Shown piece by piece: positions 18,759 to 27,870 of a stretch of 35,098 nt of DNA (positions within the stretch are counted from its first letter, which is position 1; each line of letters begins with the position of its first letter). Below the pieces are notes generated by a model. It searched no databases and had not been told where the DNA came from. It saw only the letters and a list, made by a program, of their open reading frames with translations. The translations under genes and the position numbers were made by a program. The stretch covers positions 1 through 35,098 of the forward strand of contig JBGSUF010000052.1 of assembly GCA_041736285.1 (NCBI GenBank), given 5' to 3'. This DNA comes from Hyphomonadaceae bacterium (GTDB lineage Bacteria; Pseudomonadota; Alphaproteobacteria; Caulobacterales; Hyphomonadaceae).

Positions 18759-19958
18759 ATGACAACAGCTTTCGTCTTTGCCGGAGGAGGGAGCCTTGGG
18801 GCAATACAAGCCGGAGCGCTCACGGAACTGATTGCGGCCGGTGAACGGGCGGATTTTGTTGTGGGCGCGTCCGTCGGCGCTCTGAACGCATGCTACTTCG
18901 CGGGACGCCCAAATTCGGAAGGCGTCGCAGCGCTCTCGGACATATGGTTGGGGCTCTCGCGGCCCGATGTCTTCCCCGTGACGCCTCGCAGTGTGCTCGA
19001 ATTTGTGCGCGGACGGGGTAGTTTGTTCGGCGCTTCCGGGCTCCGGCGGATTGTCGAACAGCATATTTCGTTCAAAAGCCTCGAAGACGCCCCTCTACCC
19101 GTCTGCGTTGTTGCGACCGACCTTTCTGGCGCGGCCGTAAACCTCACCGAGGGACCAGCGACCCTGGCTGTCTTGGCCAGTGCGGCGATTCCAGTCGCGT
19201 TTCCGCCCGTCGAAGTGATGGGCCGCGAGCTGATGGACGGCGCGATCGCGGGCAACACACCGATCCTGACCGCCGCAGCGATGGGAGCAGATCGAATCAT
19301 CGTTCTGCAGACCGGCTACGCCTGCTCATTGCAGAACCCGCCGCGCACCGCGATCGCAAGAGGGCTACATGCTCTGACGCTGCTTATTTCGAACCAGATG
19401 GCGCGCGACCTGCAACTCATCGGCTCGAAAGCCAGTGTCCATATCACGCCGCACCTTTGCCCTCTGGATGTTTCGCCTTTCGACTTCTCGGGAGCCGAGC
19501 AATTGATTGCACGGGCGCGCCGCCTGACCGCAGACTGGATTGCGGGGGGAGGTTTGACCGAGCCGTCCGGACCAATGGCGATTGCGCATGACCATCCGCC
19601 GGGAACCGGCATGGGCGTGCCGCTGGCATTTGCGTATGATCCGGTCAGCTATTTTTCGGACGCGGGGCCCATCGAAGGCCGGGCTGACCTTGAAGCGGTG
19701 CATGACGGTCGGCGCTACCGCTTTGCAGACGCCGCGAACATGGCATTGTTCATCGCTCAACCAACACGCTTCCTGCCGCAATATGGCGGCTTTTGCGCTT
19801 TCGCAATGGCGCGCAACAAGAAGGTGAAAGCCGATCCGCGTGTCTATGCGGTGATCCACGATCGACTTTATTTTAACGTCAGTAAGTCGGTCCACGATCA
19901 ATGGCAGGCAGATGCCGCAAACAAGATCGGGCAGGCCGACGCAAACTGGACCGGGTGA
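18759..19958 (+). CDS. Patatin-like phospholipase fused to a C-terminal YHS-like domain
   Basis: Patatin motifs: FAGGGSLGAIQAG (oxyanion hole), GASVGA (GxSxG) and LMDGAI (catalytic Asp). The C-terminal ~110 aa read YDPVSYF..RYRFADAANMALF..FLPQYGGFCAFAMA..ADPRVYAVIHDRLYFNVS..ADANW. This matches the YHS domain-containing (seleno)protein family pattern. Confidence 0.8.
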   Translation: MTTAFVFAGGGSLGAIQAGALTELIAAGERADFVVGASVGALNACYFAGRPNSEGVAALSDIWLGLSRPDVFPVTPRSVLEFVRGRGSLFGASGLRRIVEQHISFKSLEDAPLPVCVVATDLSGAAVNLTEGPATLAVLASAAIPVAFPPVEVMGRELMDGAIAGNTPILTAAAMGADRIIVLQTGYACSLQNPPRTAIARGLHALTLLISNQMARDLQLIGSKASVHITPHLCPLDVSPFDFSGAEQLIARARRLTADWIAGGGLTEPSGPMAIAHDHPPGTGMGVPLAFAYDPVSYFSDAGPIEGRADLEAVHDGRRYRFADAANMALFIAQPTRFLPQYGGFCAFAMARNKKVKADPRVYAVIHDRLYFNVSKSVHDQWQADAANKIGQADANWTG

Positions 19959-20147
19959 AGCGAACCGGAACAGGCGAGAAAACCCGCGCGGCTTTGTCAT
20001 ATGGACAAGCCTTGAGACAGCCGCGCAGGCTTCCGGCGGGTCGGGCGTCCCTGCGCCCGCGTCCAGGTGCGGCCTGACATGGTATCCGATCGCCGCGAGA
20101 CGCACGTGGCGCACGACCCGCCTCTTCGCTGATGCCCGCGCGCCGGT

Positions 20148-20900
20148 CTAGATGCGCCGGATAGCTCCGGTTGACGTGCTCAGAGACAGGATGTTGCCCT
20201 GCTGAGTGAGCATGCCTGAAATCTCCACGGGATCGGCCACGAACTCCAGCAAGTCGTGTCCAAAGCCCTGCCCCCCGTCTGTCAGTATCATCAACGCTTT
20301 CTGATTTCGGATGTCCTTCACATAGAAGGCCGGCGGGATGCCGCCCCGAATGCAAAGACTGGCGCACGACTTGTGAACCTTCCCTTCCGACGGACGCATG
20401 GCACCGAACCAGCACTTACTGTCGAGAATTTCACCCTTCAGACGAACATTGCCAAGGCTTGCCGGCGCGGGAAACGACAATCCAGCGTCCGGGCGCGTAT
20501 CATCTCCCGGCCTGATCCAGTCCATGCCATCCACGACCGCAATCATCGCGTGCGGACCGCGCTGAATCAGGCTGCCTTTGATGACGACCTGCTGACCGGA
20601 AAGCGCCCCGATCCGGGCGCTTACACCGCATTTTCCCTGACAGCCCAGCAGAACGGTCTTCGCGCTGCCATCAACATCGGCCGTGCGCAACATCGCATAG
20701 GGCTCAGCCGTCGCAACGCCGCGGAATTCTCGCACATCCGCCATGTCCCATCCGCCGCGGCCCGGCCGGTTCTGCCCGGTTGCCAGCGTGAGGGCCAGCC
20801 CGCCCGTGCCGGCCAGCAAGGTCAGCCCCATCGCGAGGAAGAACCGCCGATCCCGCTTTGGCGTTTCGGCCCAGCCGATGAAGAAATCATTCTGGCTCAT
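20148..20900 (-). CDS. Hypothetical Cys-rich protein with a Tat-like signal, last gene of the redox operon
   Basis: 250-aa ORF. N-terminal KRDRRFFLAMGLTLLAGTGGLALTLA (twin-arginine-like). Conserved-looking Cys blocks GCQGKCG and DSKCWFGAMRPSEGKVHKSCASLCIRGG. ATGA overlap with the upstream gene. Confidence 0.6.
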   Translation of the reverse strand: MSQNDFFIGWAETPKRDRRFFLAMGLTLLAGTGGLALTLATGQNRPGRGGWDMADVREFRGVATAEPYAMLRTADVDGSAKTVLLGCQGKCGVSARIGALSGQQVVIKGSLIQRGPHAMIAVVDGMDWIRPGDDTRPDAGLSFPAPASLGNVRLKGEILDSKCWFGAMRPSEGKVHKSCASLCIRGGIPPAFYVKDIRNQKALMILTDGGQGFGHDLLEFVADPVEISGMLTQQGNILSLSTSTGAIRRI

Positions 20901-21946
20901 GCGCTGTCTCCAATCAGGCTGGGTGCTTGCGGCGTGCCCGGCGGGTTTGCTTCCTGGTTCACATAGACAACGCCATCAAGAATACGCGTGGCATAAGTTG
21001 CGATCTTCTCGGTGTAAGGCGGCGGCGAACGGCCATCCTCCAGCCGATACTGAAATCCGTGCCAGGGACAGGTGATGCAGCCGTCAACGATCTTGCCTTC
21101 CCCGAGCGGTCCTCCCTGATGGCGGCAGACATTCGAAACCGCCGAAATGATCTGCCCCTGGCGGAAAACGGCAATGGCCTCGGCGTTCGCGGGACGGATG
21201 ATCCGGGCGCGGGCGTCCTGCATATCCTCGACGCGGGCGACTTTCAGCCATCCGTCCAGGGCTGCTGCGCGATCGGCGGGACGAAGGCTCGCAACGCCGG
21301 TCAGGACATGCAGGCCAATGACTGTGAAGGAGGCCGCGCAAAGCAACCAGACATAGAGCGGGTGTTTTTCCGCCTGTATGGCACCAAGGGCGATGTGCGC
21401 AACGAGCAGGGCGTAGGCAAGGTATACGCCCATATGCAGGGCTTTCCAGAAGCCGGGGCCAAGATTGGTGTTCCAGTAATCATGGCTTGTCGCAGCCATC
21501 AGAAACAGGACGATCAGCGCCGCCAGCCCAAGGCTTTCAAACGGGAACCCCGCCAGATTGTCATAACGCGGGTTCGACACGAGCAACGACACCAGAGGGT
21601 CTGTCGCTGAAAAGCCGTGATACCAGAGTGTCACAAGCCCTGCATGGATCAGCGCGATCAGGAATGTGGTCACGCCAACATGTCGGCGATTGTACAGAAA
21701 CGGCTTGAAACGATCGGTCAGCCGCGCGAGCGGACCGATACAGAGAACGAATGTAAGCAGCAGGAAGGCCAGCGTCCCCGTGGCGCGGATCAGGATCTGG
21801 ACCGGCGTGAACGCCTCGCCGGGCGGCTGCGCGAACGCGCTCGCGCCGATAAACACGCCGAGATAGAGGCCGATGCCCGCCAGCATCCAAAGATCGAAGC
21901 GCTTCTTGAATGGGTTCCACTGGACGCCCTTATAGCCGTGTGACAT
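20897..21946 (-). CDS. Membrane protein: ferric-reductase-like transmembrane domain fused to a C-terminal Rieske [2Fe-2S] domain
   Basis: 349-aa ORF with about 6 hydrophobic helices carrying paired His residues (HVGVTTFLIALIH, HMGVYLAYALLVAH). The C-terminal Rieske motif is CRHQGGPL..CITCPWHGFQY. Confidence 0.75.
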   Translation of the reverse strand: MSHGYKGVQWNPFKKRFDLWMLAGIGLYLGVFIGASAFAQPPGEAFTPVQILIRATGTLAFLLLTFVLCIGPLARLTDRFKPFLYNRRHVGVTTFLIALIHAGLVTLWYHGFSATDPLVSLLVSNPRYDNLAGFPFESLGLAALIVLFLMAATSHDYWNTNLGPGFWKALHMGVYLAYALLVAHIALGAIQAEKHPLYVWLLCAASFTVIGLHVLTGVASLRPADRAAALDGWLKVARVEDMQDARARIIRPANAEAIAVFRQGQIISAVSNVCRHQGGPLGEGKIVDGCITCPWHGFQYRLEDGRSPPPYTEKIATYATRILDGVVYVNQEANPPGTPQAPSLIGDSA

Positions 21947-22095
21947 CAGCCTGCCGCCTTTGACAGAGCTTCGGGCAGCGTGTCGTTCACAGGCTCCGCA
22001 GGACGGTGGTGGAGTGCGAGGACCAGGGTCAAGGCCATCAGAGGCCCGAGAACAAGCCAGAGAAGCAGATGGATTTTGCGGTGGGCGCGTTTCAT
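21946..22095 (-). CDS. Small single-pass membrane protein (49 aa)
   Basis: MKRAHRKIHLLLWLVLGPLMALTLVLALHH.. Its ATG overlaps the upstream stop (ATGA), and its stop overlaps the downstream ATG by 1 nt. The call rests on coupling and hydrophobicity only. Confidence 0.4.
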   Translation of the reverse strand: MKRAHRKIHLLLWLVLGPLMALTLVLALHHRPAEPVNDTLPEALSKAAG

Positions 22096-22322
22096 GAGAC
22101 CGGCGGGTCCTTCTGCATCAGGAGCTTTTTGAGCATTAGCGGCCACAAGCCTACGACGCCGGGGAAAACCAGAAGGCGCGCCTGGAGCGGCATCCCTTTC
22201 CCAACGGCAGCTTTGTCAATCTTCCCGGCGCCGCCAAACAGATAGGCCAGGCCCACGCAGAGTCCCAGAAGCGCGTAGAGCTTCAGTCCGCTGACAATCA
22301 GGTTGGCAAGCGTTTCGGTCAC
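22092..22322 (-). CDS. Small membrane protein (76 aa, GTG start)
   Basis: VTETLANLIVSGLKLYALLGLCVGLAYLFGG..LLVFPGVVGLWPLML, with two hydrophobic segments. The GTG start overlaps the glutamate-synthase-like stop (GTGA). The longer listed ORF 22092..22583 overlaps that upstream gene and is unlikely. Confidence 0.45.
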   Translation of the reverse strand: MTETLANLIVSGLKLYALLGLCVGLAYLFGGAGKIDKAAVGKGMPLQARLLVFPGVVGLWPLMLKKLLMQKDPPVS

Positions 22323-23935
22323 CGGCCCAGCCCCGCATAGGCAACGCCTGAAAGATCGGACATCTCGCGACTGAAGGTGACCAGATCGTCTTTCTCGAAG
22401 TCTGACAGGCGGTGATGGCCGCAGGCGCGCGCCATGACCTGCATCAGTTCGGTGGACGCGTCGAAAAAATTCTTCAGACGCTGCGCGGAAGGCTCGACAA
22501 GCAGGCGGGCAACCAGATTTGGTTTTTGCGTCGCTATGCCGACCGGGCAGTTGTTCGTGTGGCACGCGCGCATGGCGATGCACCCAATCGCCTGCATCGC
22601 GCCATTGGATACCGCAATCGCGTCGGCGCCAAGTGCCAGGGCCTTCACAAAGTCGGCCGGCGTGCGCAATCCCCCCGTGATGACGAGCGTCACGTCGGCG
22701 CGGCCCAGATCGTCCAGATGCTTGCGCGCGCGGGCCAGCGCAGGAATTGTGGGCACAGAGATATTGTCTCGGAAAATCAACGGTGCCGCACCGGTTCCGC
22801 CGCCCCGGCCATCGAGGATGATGTAATCGACACCGACGTCCAGCGCCGCATCAATATCCTTTTCGACATGCTGCGCAGACAGCTTGTATCCAATCGGTAT
22901 GCCGCCCGTGCGCTCACGCACCTGATCGGCAAAGTCGCGAATTTCGGCGACCGTGGTCCAGTCGGGAAAGCGCGCAGGAGATATGGCGTCTTCGCCCTCC
23001 TTCAGCCCGCGCACTTCGGCAATCTTTGCGTTCACTTTCTTTCCGGGAAGGTGTCCACCGGTCCCGGTCTTCGCGCCTTGTCCGCCCTTGAAATGGAAAG
23101 CCTGAACGCGGGCCACCTTGTCCCAGCTAAAACCGAACCGCGCCGACGCCAGTTCGTAGAAATACTTCGAATTTTCCGCCTGCTCTTCGGCCAGCATCCC
23201 GCCTTCGCCAGAGCAGATTCCCGTGCCTGCGAGTTCCGCCCCCCGGGCCAGCGCGACCTTTGCCGTTTCCGAAAGCGCGCCGAAGCTCATGTCCGAGACC
23301 AGCAGCGGGATGTCGAGTGTGAGCGGTCGTCTCGCATTCGGACCAATCACGACGGAGGTGTCGACAGGAGCGTCGTCGAGCAGCGGGACTTTGTGCAGTT
23401 GCGCCGTGATCAACTGGATGTCGTCCCACTTCGGCAGCCGATCCGCCGGCACGCCCATCGCATCGACGACACCGTGATGACCGGTCTTGCGCAATCCATC
23501 CCGGGCATATTGCTGGATCAGGGCGTTGTGTGGCTCCTCGGTCGGGCCATGGCTGGGGTCCTGATAGAGCCCGAGGTAAGCCTCTCGGTCGAACGGTTGA
23601 GGATTGTCCTTTGCCCATGCGGTGATCTCGTCGGGATCAACCAGCACCTGCCCGTCCTTGAGCCACGCCGAGAACTTTGGAAGCTTCTCGGAATTTTCGT
23701 ACGCCGAGACGCCTGTATCTAGGCGATAATCCCAGTTGTGTACGCCGCAGATCAGATTGTCGTCATCGTCAACATGCCCGTCCGACATCAAGGCGCCGCG
23801 ATGCAGGCAGCGACCGTAAAAGACCGACACAGCGTCATCGAACCGCACCACAACAAGATCGACATCGCCGACAATCGCGTATTCCGGCTGGCGGTCTTTC
23901 AAATCCTCCCATCTGGCGACCGATATCTTCTGCAT
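22319..23935 (-). CDS. FMN-binding glutamate synthase family protein (GltB domain-2-like) with an N-terminal Rieske [2Fe-2S] domain
   Basis: 538-aa ORF. N-terminal Rieske motif CLHRGALM..CGVHNWDY. FMN-domain blocks VSDMSFGALS, GEGG, KGGQGAKTGTGGHLPGKKV and DGRGGGTGAAP. Confidence 0.85.
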   Translation of the reverse strand: MQKISVARWEDLKDRQPEYAIVGDVDLVVVRFDDAVSVFYGRCLHRGALMSDGHVDDDDNLICGVHNWDYRLDTGVSAYENSEKLPKFSAWLKDGQVLVDPDEITAWAKDNPQPFDREAYLGLYQDPSHGPTEEPHNALIQQYARDGLRKTGHHGVVDAMGVPADRLPKWDDIQLITAQLHKVPLLDDAPVDTSVVIGPNARRPLTLDIPLLVSDMSFGALSETAKVALARGAELAGTGICSGEGGMLAEEQAENSKYFYELASARFGFSWDKVARVQAFHFKGGQGAKTGTGGHLPGKKVNAKIAEVRGLKEGEDAISPARFPDWTTVAEIRDFADQVRERTGGIPIGYKLSAQHVEKDIDAALDVGVDYIILDGRGGGTGAAPLIFRDNISVPTIPALARARKHLDDLGRADVTLVITGGLRTPADFVKALALGADAIAVSNGAMQAIGCIAMRACHTNNCPVGIATQKPNLVARLLVEPSAQRLKNFFDASTELMQVMARACGHHRLSDFEKDDLVTFSREMSDLSGVAYAGLGR

Positions 23936-24260
23936 GTCTCCCCCCGGTGCTTGCAGAGCGCTTCAGGGTCTGGTCCGCCAGCCCAAAGCCAATCTGAGCA
24001 ACACAATCATTCAACGCCTCTAGCCTGCGTTTTGACCATCATCTTGGCAAGACATACCCGATTATTTCGGCGCGGCCTAACCTGCGTCTGTGCGGGCGGG
24101 CGGGGAGACCGGCAGAGTGCAACATGACCGCCGGGACATTTGGCGTGCGCGTTTTGATGCAACTCACCCGGCGCGGGCGATAAAGCTCTCATCGTTTCCG
24201 CCTTGAACCGTCGACTTTCACAACGTCACGGCCCGAAACATCCGGGGCCGGGGCATCTTC

Positions 24261-25232
24261 TTGAGGGCGCCAGTTCCAGCCCGCGCCCAGGGGGTTTTCA
24301 TGCCAGCATGTCCAAAGACCAGCGATCGCCTTTCTGTCCTCGAAAATTTCGGAACGGACCCCGGCGCGCTGAGTGCCGACATCTTCATCCCGAAGGATCT
24401 CCCGAAAAACAGCCCGCTTGTCGTCGTCCTCCATGGCAGCACCCAATCGGCTGAGAGCTACGATATCGGATCGGGTTGGTCTGCCCTCGCCGACGAATGC
24501 GGGATGGCTCTCCTGTTTCCCGGGCAAAGACTGGCCAACAACCTCATTGGGAGCTTCAACTGGTTTGCGACCGGTGACAGCGAACGCGGCGGCGGCGAGC
24601 CGCTGTCCATTCGTCAGATGATCGGCCAGGTCGTTGAAGATCACGCGGTCGACCCATTGCGTGTCTTCATCACGGGCATGTCCTCGGGCGGCGCCATGAC
24701 ATCGGTGATGCTTGCAACCTATCCGGAAGTCTTCGCAGGCGGCGCAATCATCGCGGGGCTGCCCTACGGCAGCGCGACCAACGTGATAGAGGCGATGTTT
24801 CGCATGAAGGGATATGGCGGCCCATCCGACCGCAAGCTTGATGCGCTCGTGCGCGGAGCCTCGCAATTCACCGGTCCATGGCCGACAATCTCGGTCTGGC
24901 ATGGCGGTAGCGACACGACCGTTGACAATTCCAACGCCAGTTCCATCGTTCGGCAGTGGCAAAAGATCCACAAGGTCGAAGGACCGCCAACCCGTGTCGA
25001 GATGGTTGACGGCTTTCCCCGCGAAGTCTGGTGCGATGCAGACGGGCGCGTGGTGATCGAGCAATACATCATCGGCCGGATGGGACACGGCACGCCGATC
25101 AGCGCCGAGGGCGAAGGGGGCCTCGGAGAAGAAGGCGAATACATGCTGGAAGTCGGCATTTCCTCGACCCGCCACATCGCCGATTTCTGGGGCCTGACGC
25201 GGCCTGGCGCAGCAAACCGGGCGGAACCCTGA
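24261..25232 (+). CDS. PHB depolymerase family esterase (alpha/beta hydrolase)
   Basis: LENFGTDPGAL, LVVVLHGSTQSAESY, and the nucleophile elbow ITGMSSGGAM are typical of the esterase/PHB depolymerase family. The start may instead be the ATG at 24300 (MPACPK). Confidence 0.8.
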   Translation: MRAPVPARAQGVFMPACPKTSDRLSVLENFGTDPGALSADIFIPKDLPKNSPLVVVLHGSTQSAESYDIGSGWSALADECGMALLFPGQRLANNLIGSFNWFATGDSERGGGEPLSIRQMIGQVVEDHAVDPLRVFITGMSSGGAMTSVMLATYPEVFAGGAIIAGLPYGSATNVIEAMFRMKGYGGPSDRKLDALVRGASQFTGPWPTISVWHGGSDTTVDNSNASSIVRQWQKIHKVEGPPTRVEMVDGFPREVWCDADGRVVIEQYIIGRMGHGTPISAEGEGGLGEEGEYMLEVGISSTRHIADFWGLTRPGAANRAEP

Positions 25233-25333
25233 AGCCGCAGCCTCGCCGGAACACACATATACTTGTTCGCCGCAACGCCTCTCTCAGGGCAGGCACCGCG
25301 AATAAGGGCACGGCCAGCAAAGCGGGGACCGGC

Positions 25334-26260
25334 ATGGCACGGAACGACAACACCACGGCACTTTACGCGGCCCTGTTCGGCAATCTGGCCATAGCGATCA
25401 CGAAATTCATTGCCGCCGGGATCACGGGCGGCTCGGCCATGATGAGCGAAGGCGTGCACAGCCTGGTCGATTGCAGCAACGAGGTTTTGCTGCTCTACGG
25501 GCAAAAGCGGGCGGCGAAACCGGCCGACGCTGCCCATCCGGTGGGCTATGGGCGCGAGCTCTACTTCTGGTGCTTCGTTGTCGCGATGATGATCTTCGCG
25601 CTCGGCGCAGGAATTTCGATCTATGAAGGCGTCATCCACATCCTCCATCCCGCGCCGATCACCCGGCCCGAGATCACCTTCATCGTGTTCGGGCTGGCCT
25701 TTGTGTTCGAGTCGATCTCGCTCTGGTTCGCATGGCAGGCTTTCCGGAAGGGCAAGGGACGCCAGAGCATCTGGCAGGCGGTCCGGCGCAGCAAGGATCC
25801 GACGTCCTTCACGGTTTTCCTTGAGGACTCCGCCGCCCTGATCGGGATCGTCATCGCGACGGCGGGAACGGCGATTTCGGTCATGACGCAGAACCCGGTC
25901 TGGGATGGCGCATCGTCGGTCGCGATCGGCGTTCTGCTCGCCGGTGTCGCGGTCGTGCTTGCACGCGAAAGCAAGCAGTTACTGGTCGGAGAGGCCGCCG
26001 CCCCCGACGTTGTCGCCGCACTCCGGGCGACAGTTGGCGCGCATCCCCAGGTCCGCCGTATCGTGGATCTGATCACGGTCCAGCTCGGCGCCAAGGAGGT
26101 GTTCGCGGCCTTCACTCTGGAATTTCCCGACGAGATGACCGTCCCCGACCTCGAACGTCTGATCGGCACGATCGGCGCCGCCGTCCGCAAGACGCATCCC
26201 GAGGTGACGCGTATCTTTGTGCGGCCGGAACCGCGATCGCAAGACGCCGTTTCCCGATAA
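25334..26260 (+). CDS. Cation diffusion facilitator (CDF) family transporter
   Basis: NLAIAITKFIAAGITGGSAMMSEGVHSLVD and GYGRELYFW are typical of the CDF transmembrane domain, and a C-terminal cytoplasmic domain follows. Start set at ATG 25334 (MARNDNTT), because the longer ORF from 25031 overlaps the esterase gene. Confidence 0.85.
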   Translation: MARNDNTTALYAALFGNLAIAITKFIAAGITGGSAMMSEGVHSLVDCSNEVLLLYGQKRAAKPADAAHPVGYGRELYFWCFVVAMMIFALGAGISIYEGVIHILHPAPITRPEITFIVFGLAFVFESISLWFAWQAFRKGKGRQSIWQAVRRSKDPTSFTVFLEDSAALIGIVIATAGTAISVMTQNPVWDGASSVAIGVLLAGVAVVLARESKQLLVGEAAAPDVVAALRATVGAHPQVRRIVDLITVQLGAKEVFAAFTLEFPDEMTVPDLERLIGTIGAAVRKTHPEVTRIFVRPEPRSQDAVSR

Positions 26261-26530
26261 GGTTTGATCGGGTGCAACGTCGCGCACCAAGGTCGCAAGA
26301 ATACGCCGAGCGCGTGTTCGCCACCTGACAAAAGGGTCCCGGTCTGCCTCTGGTGCCCCTCGGTTGCTCGGTCGAAGGGTCTGTGGAGCAGCTATGCGGA
26401 CGATGTGGACGGTCAGGAGTCGGCAAAGTATCTCCACTATGAGTAGCATCATTATAGTAATGGACATATCTTGCAATGACACTGAGTAACCAGCTAGGCT
26501 CGAGTAGAAACATCGATTCCGGAACAGTTC

Positions 26531-27718
26531 ATGCGGGAAGTTGACTTTGAGGAATTCGAACACGCCCAGAATCGGGTTCCCCACAGGCTCTATGTCTCCA
26601 AGAGCTTTAACTTTCCGGGCAAAAACACGGTCCACCGGAACGCTTGGAAGCGATTGGAGGCTGGCCCGTTGAAAGAGCTTGTCAAAGACGGTAATGAATT
26701 CGTACTCCATGAAACCGAAAGAGGTTTCCAACAGATAAAGGCTCGCTTCATTGAGGATGGTCGGGGGATCACGCATCTCCATATCCAGAAGTGGAATACC
26801 AGAACCGGAAACTCTTCGGGCGAACAAGTCGTTCTTTATGGCCAGCAGATTACCAGACTAATTGAGTTTCTTGAAAATATCCGTCGCTTGGAGATTCCGG
26901 GTCCAGCCAAGTTCAACGTTAATGATTCCGATTTACGCCTCGTCCATAAGCCCGACGCCGCAGCGATCAAACTACTGGAAGACCACCCCGAAATCGTGGC
27001 GGAGTTCACTCGCAACCGGATCACCACAGAGGACGTCGTCGCGCTCGCCTATCGCCGGGAACAGTTGAGTGAATTCTCCAACATGCTCGATAGCGGCAGT
27101 GATCTCGCAGAAAACGACTGGCAGTTGTTCTTCGAGCGCAACCAGTGGATCTTTGGCTACGGGCTTAGCTACATCTTCACAACCGGCCTCGACGGTCGAA
27201 GGCTGCAACAGACGATCCGCAGGTCAAGTATCGTTGCACCCGGAAAAATTCCGGACGGGATCATGAAGACCCGCGCCGCTGTAAGCGCTTTGTGCCTAGT
27301 GGAAATCAAGAAGAGCTCGACCGAACTCCTGAAGGATAGCCAATACCGCATTGGAACTTGGATGCCCTCCGCCGAACTGAGCGGTGCCGTGGCTCAATGC
27401 CAAGAGTCGTTGCGCGCTGCCGCTGACGTGCTCGAAACGCATCATCGCTTTGCTGACGATCAAGGGAATCCAACGGGCGAAGAGTTAATGTCAGTCCAGC
27501 CTAAGTCATTCTTGGTTGTCGGCAGTCTTGGGCAGTTTCGAGTGGAAAATGGCATCAATGCCGCACGCTACCAAGCCTTTGAAGGCTTCCGTCGCAATCT
27601 CCGTCAGCCGGAGATCCTCACCTTTGATGAACTATATGAACGTGCCCGCTTCATTGTTGAGCATGCTGAGACCCAAGGCGCGACCACCGAGAATGATATC
27701 GAGGATATCCCGTTCTGA
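26531..27718 (+). CDS. sduA: Shedu anti-phage protein SduA (DUF4263 PD-(D/E)xK nuclease domain)
   Basis: 395-aa ORF. ENDWQLFFERNQWIFGYG, IPDGIM, and LCLVEIKKSSTELL followed by SGAVAQCQ follow the DUF4263 D..EIK..Q layout. It has a variable N-terminal domain. The gene and its flanks are visibly less GC-rich than the neighbours. Confidence 0.7.
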   Translation: MREVDFEEFEHAQNRVPHRLYVSKSFNFPGKNTVHRNAWKRLEAGPLKELVKDGNEFVLHETERGFQQIKARFIEDGRGITHLHIQKWNTRTGNSSGEQVVLYGQQITRLIEFLENIRRLEIPGPAKFNVNDSDLRLVHKPDAAAIKLLEDHPEIVAEFTRNRITTEDVVALAYRREQLSEFSNMLDSGSDLAENDWQLFFERNQWIFGYGLSYIFTTGLDGRRLQQTIRRSSIVAPGKIPDGIMKTRAAVSALCLVEIKKSSTELLKDSQYRIGTWMPSAELSGAVAQCQESLRAAADVLETHHRFADDQGNPTGEELMSVQPKSFLVVGSLGQFRVENGINAARYQAFEGFRRNLRQPEILTFDELYERARFIVEHAETQGATTENDIEDIPF

Positions 27719-27870
27719 ATTAGTATTGCGTGTCGTTGTCCTGCCAAGAGCAGAACCTGCGATCGTCCGTTCCGGACTCCTATCCGTCATCCGACAATTT
27801 CGCTCAGGAAGATTGCACCCGTATCCGATACGCTGATTCCACTGGGCAATCTTGTGTCACGTGGCGAAAA

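Noticed and set aside
22412-23722. A 436-aa plus-strand ORF opposite the glutamate-synthase-like gene.
   Set aside because: The minus-strand product has unmistakable FMN-domain motifs, whereas the plus-strand product is Arg-rich and motif-free.
24189-25648. Minus-strand ORFs of 355 aa (24189..25256) and 294 aa (24764..25648) opposite the esterase and CDF genes.
   Set aside because: The plus-strand genes carry family motifs (GMSSGG elbow, CDF TM blocks). The minus-strand products show no motifs and have a biased composition.
25979-26827. A 282-aa minus-strand ORF bridging the CDF 3' end, the AT-rich intergenic region and the Shedu 5' end.
   Set aside because: It crosses two well-supported plus-strand genes and a compositional boundary. 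Its product has no recognisable domain.
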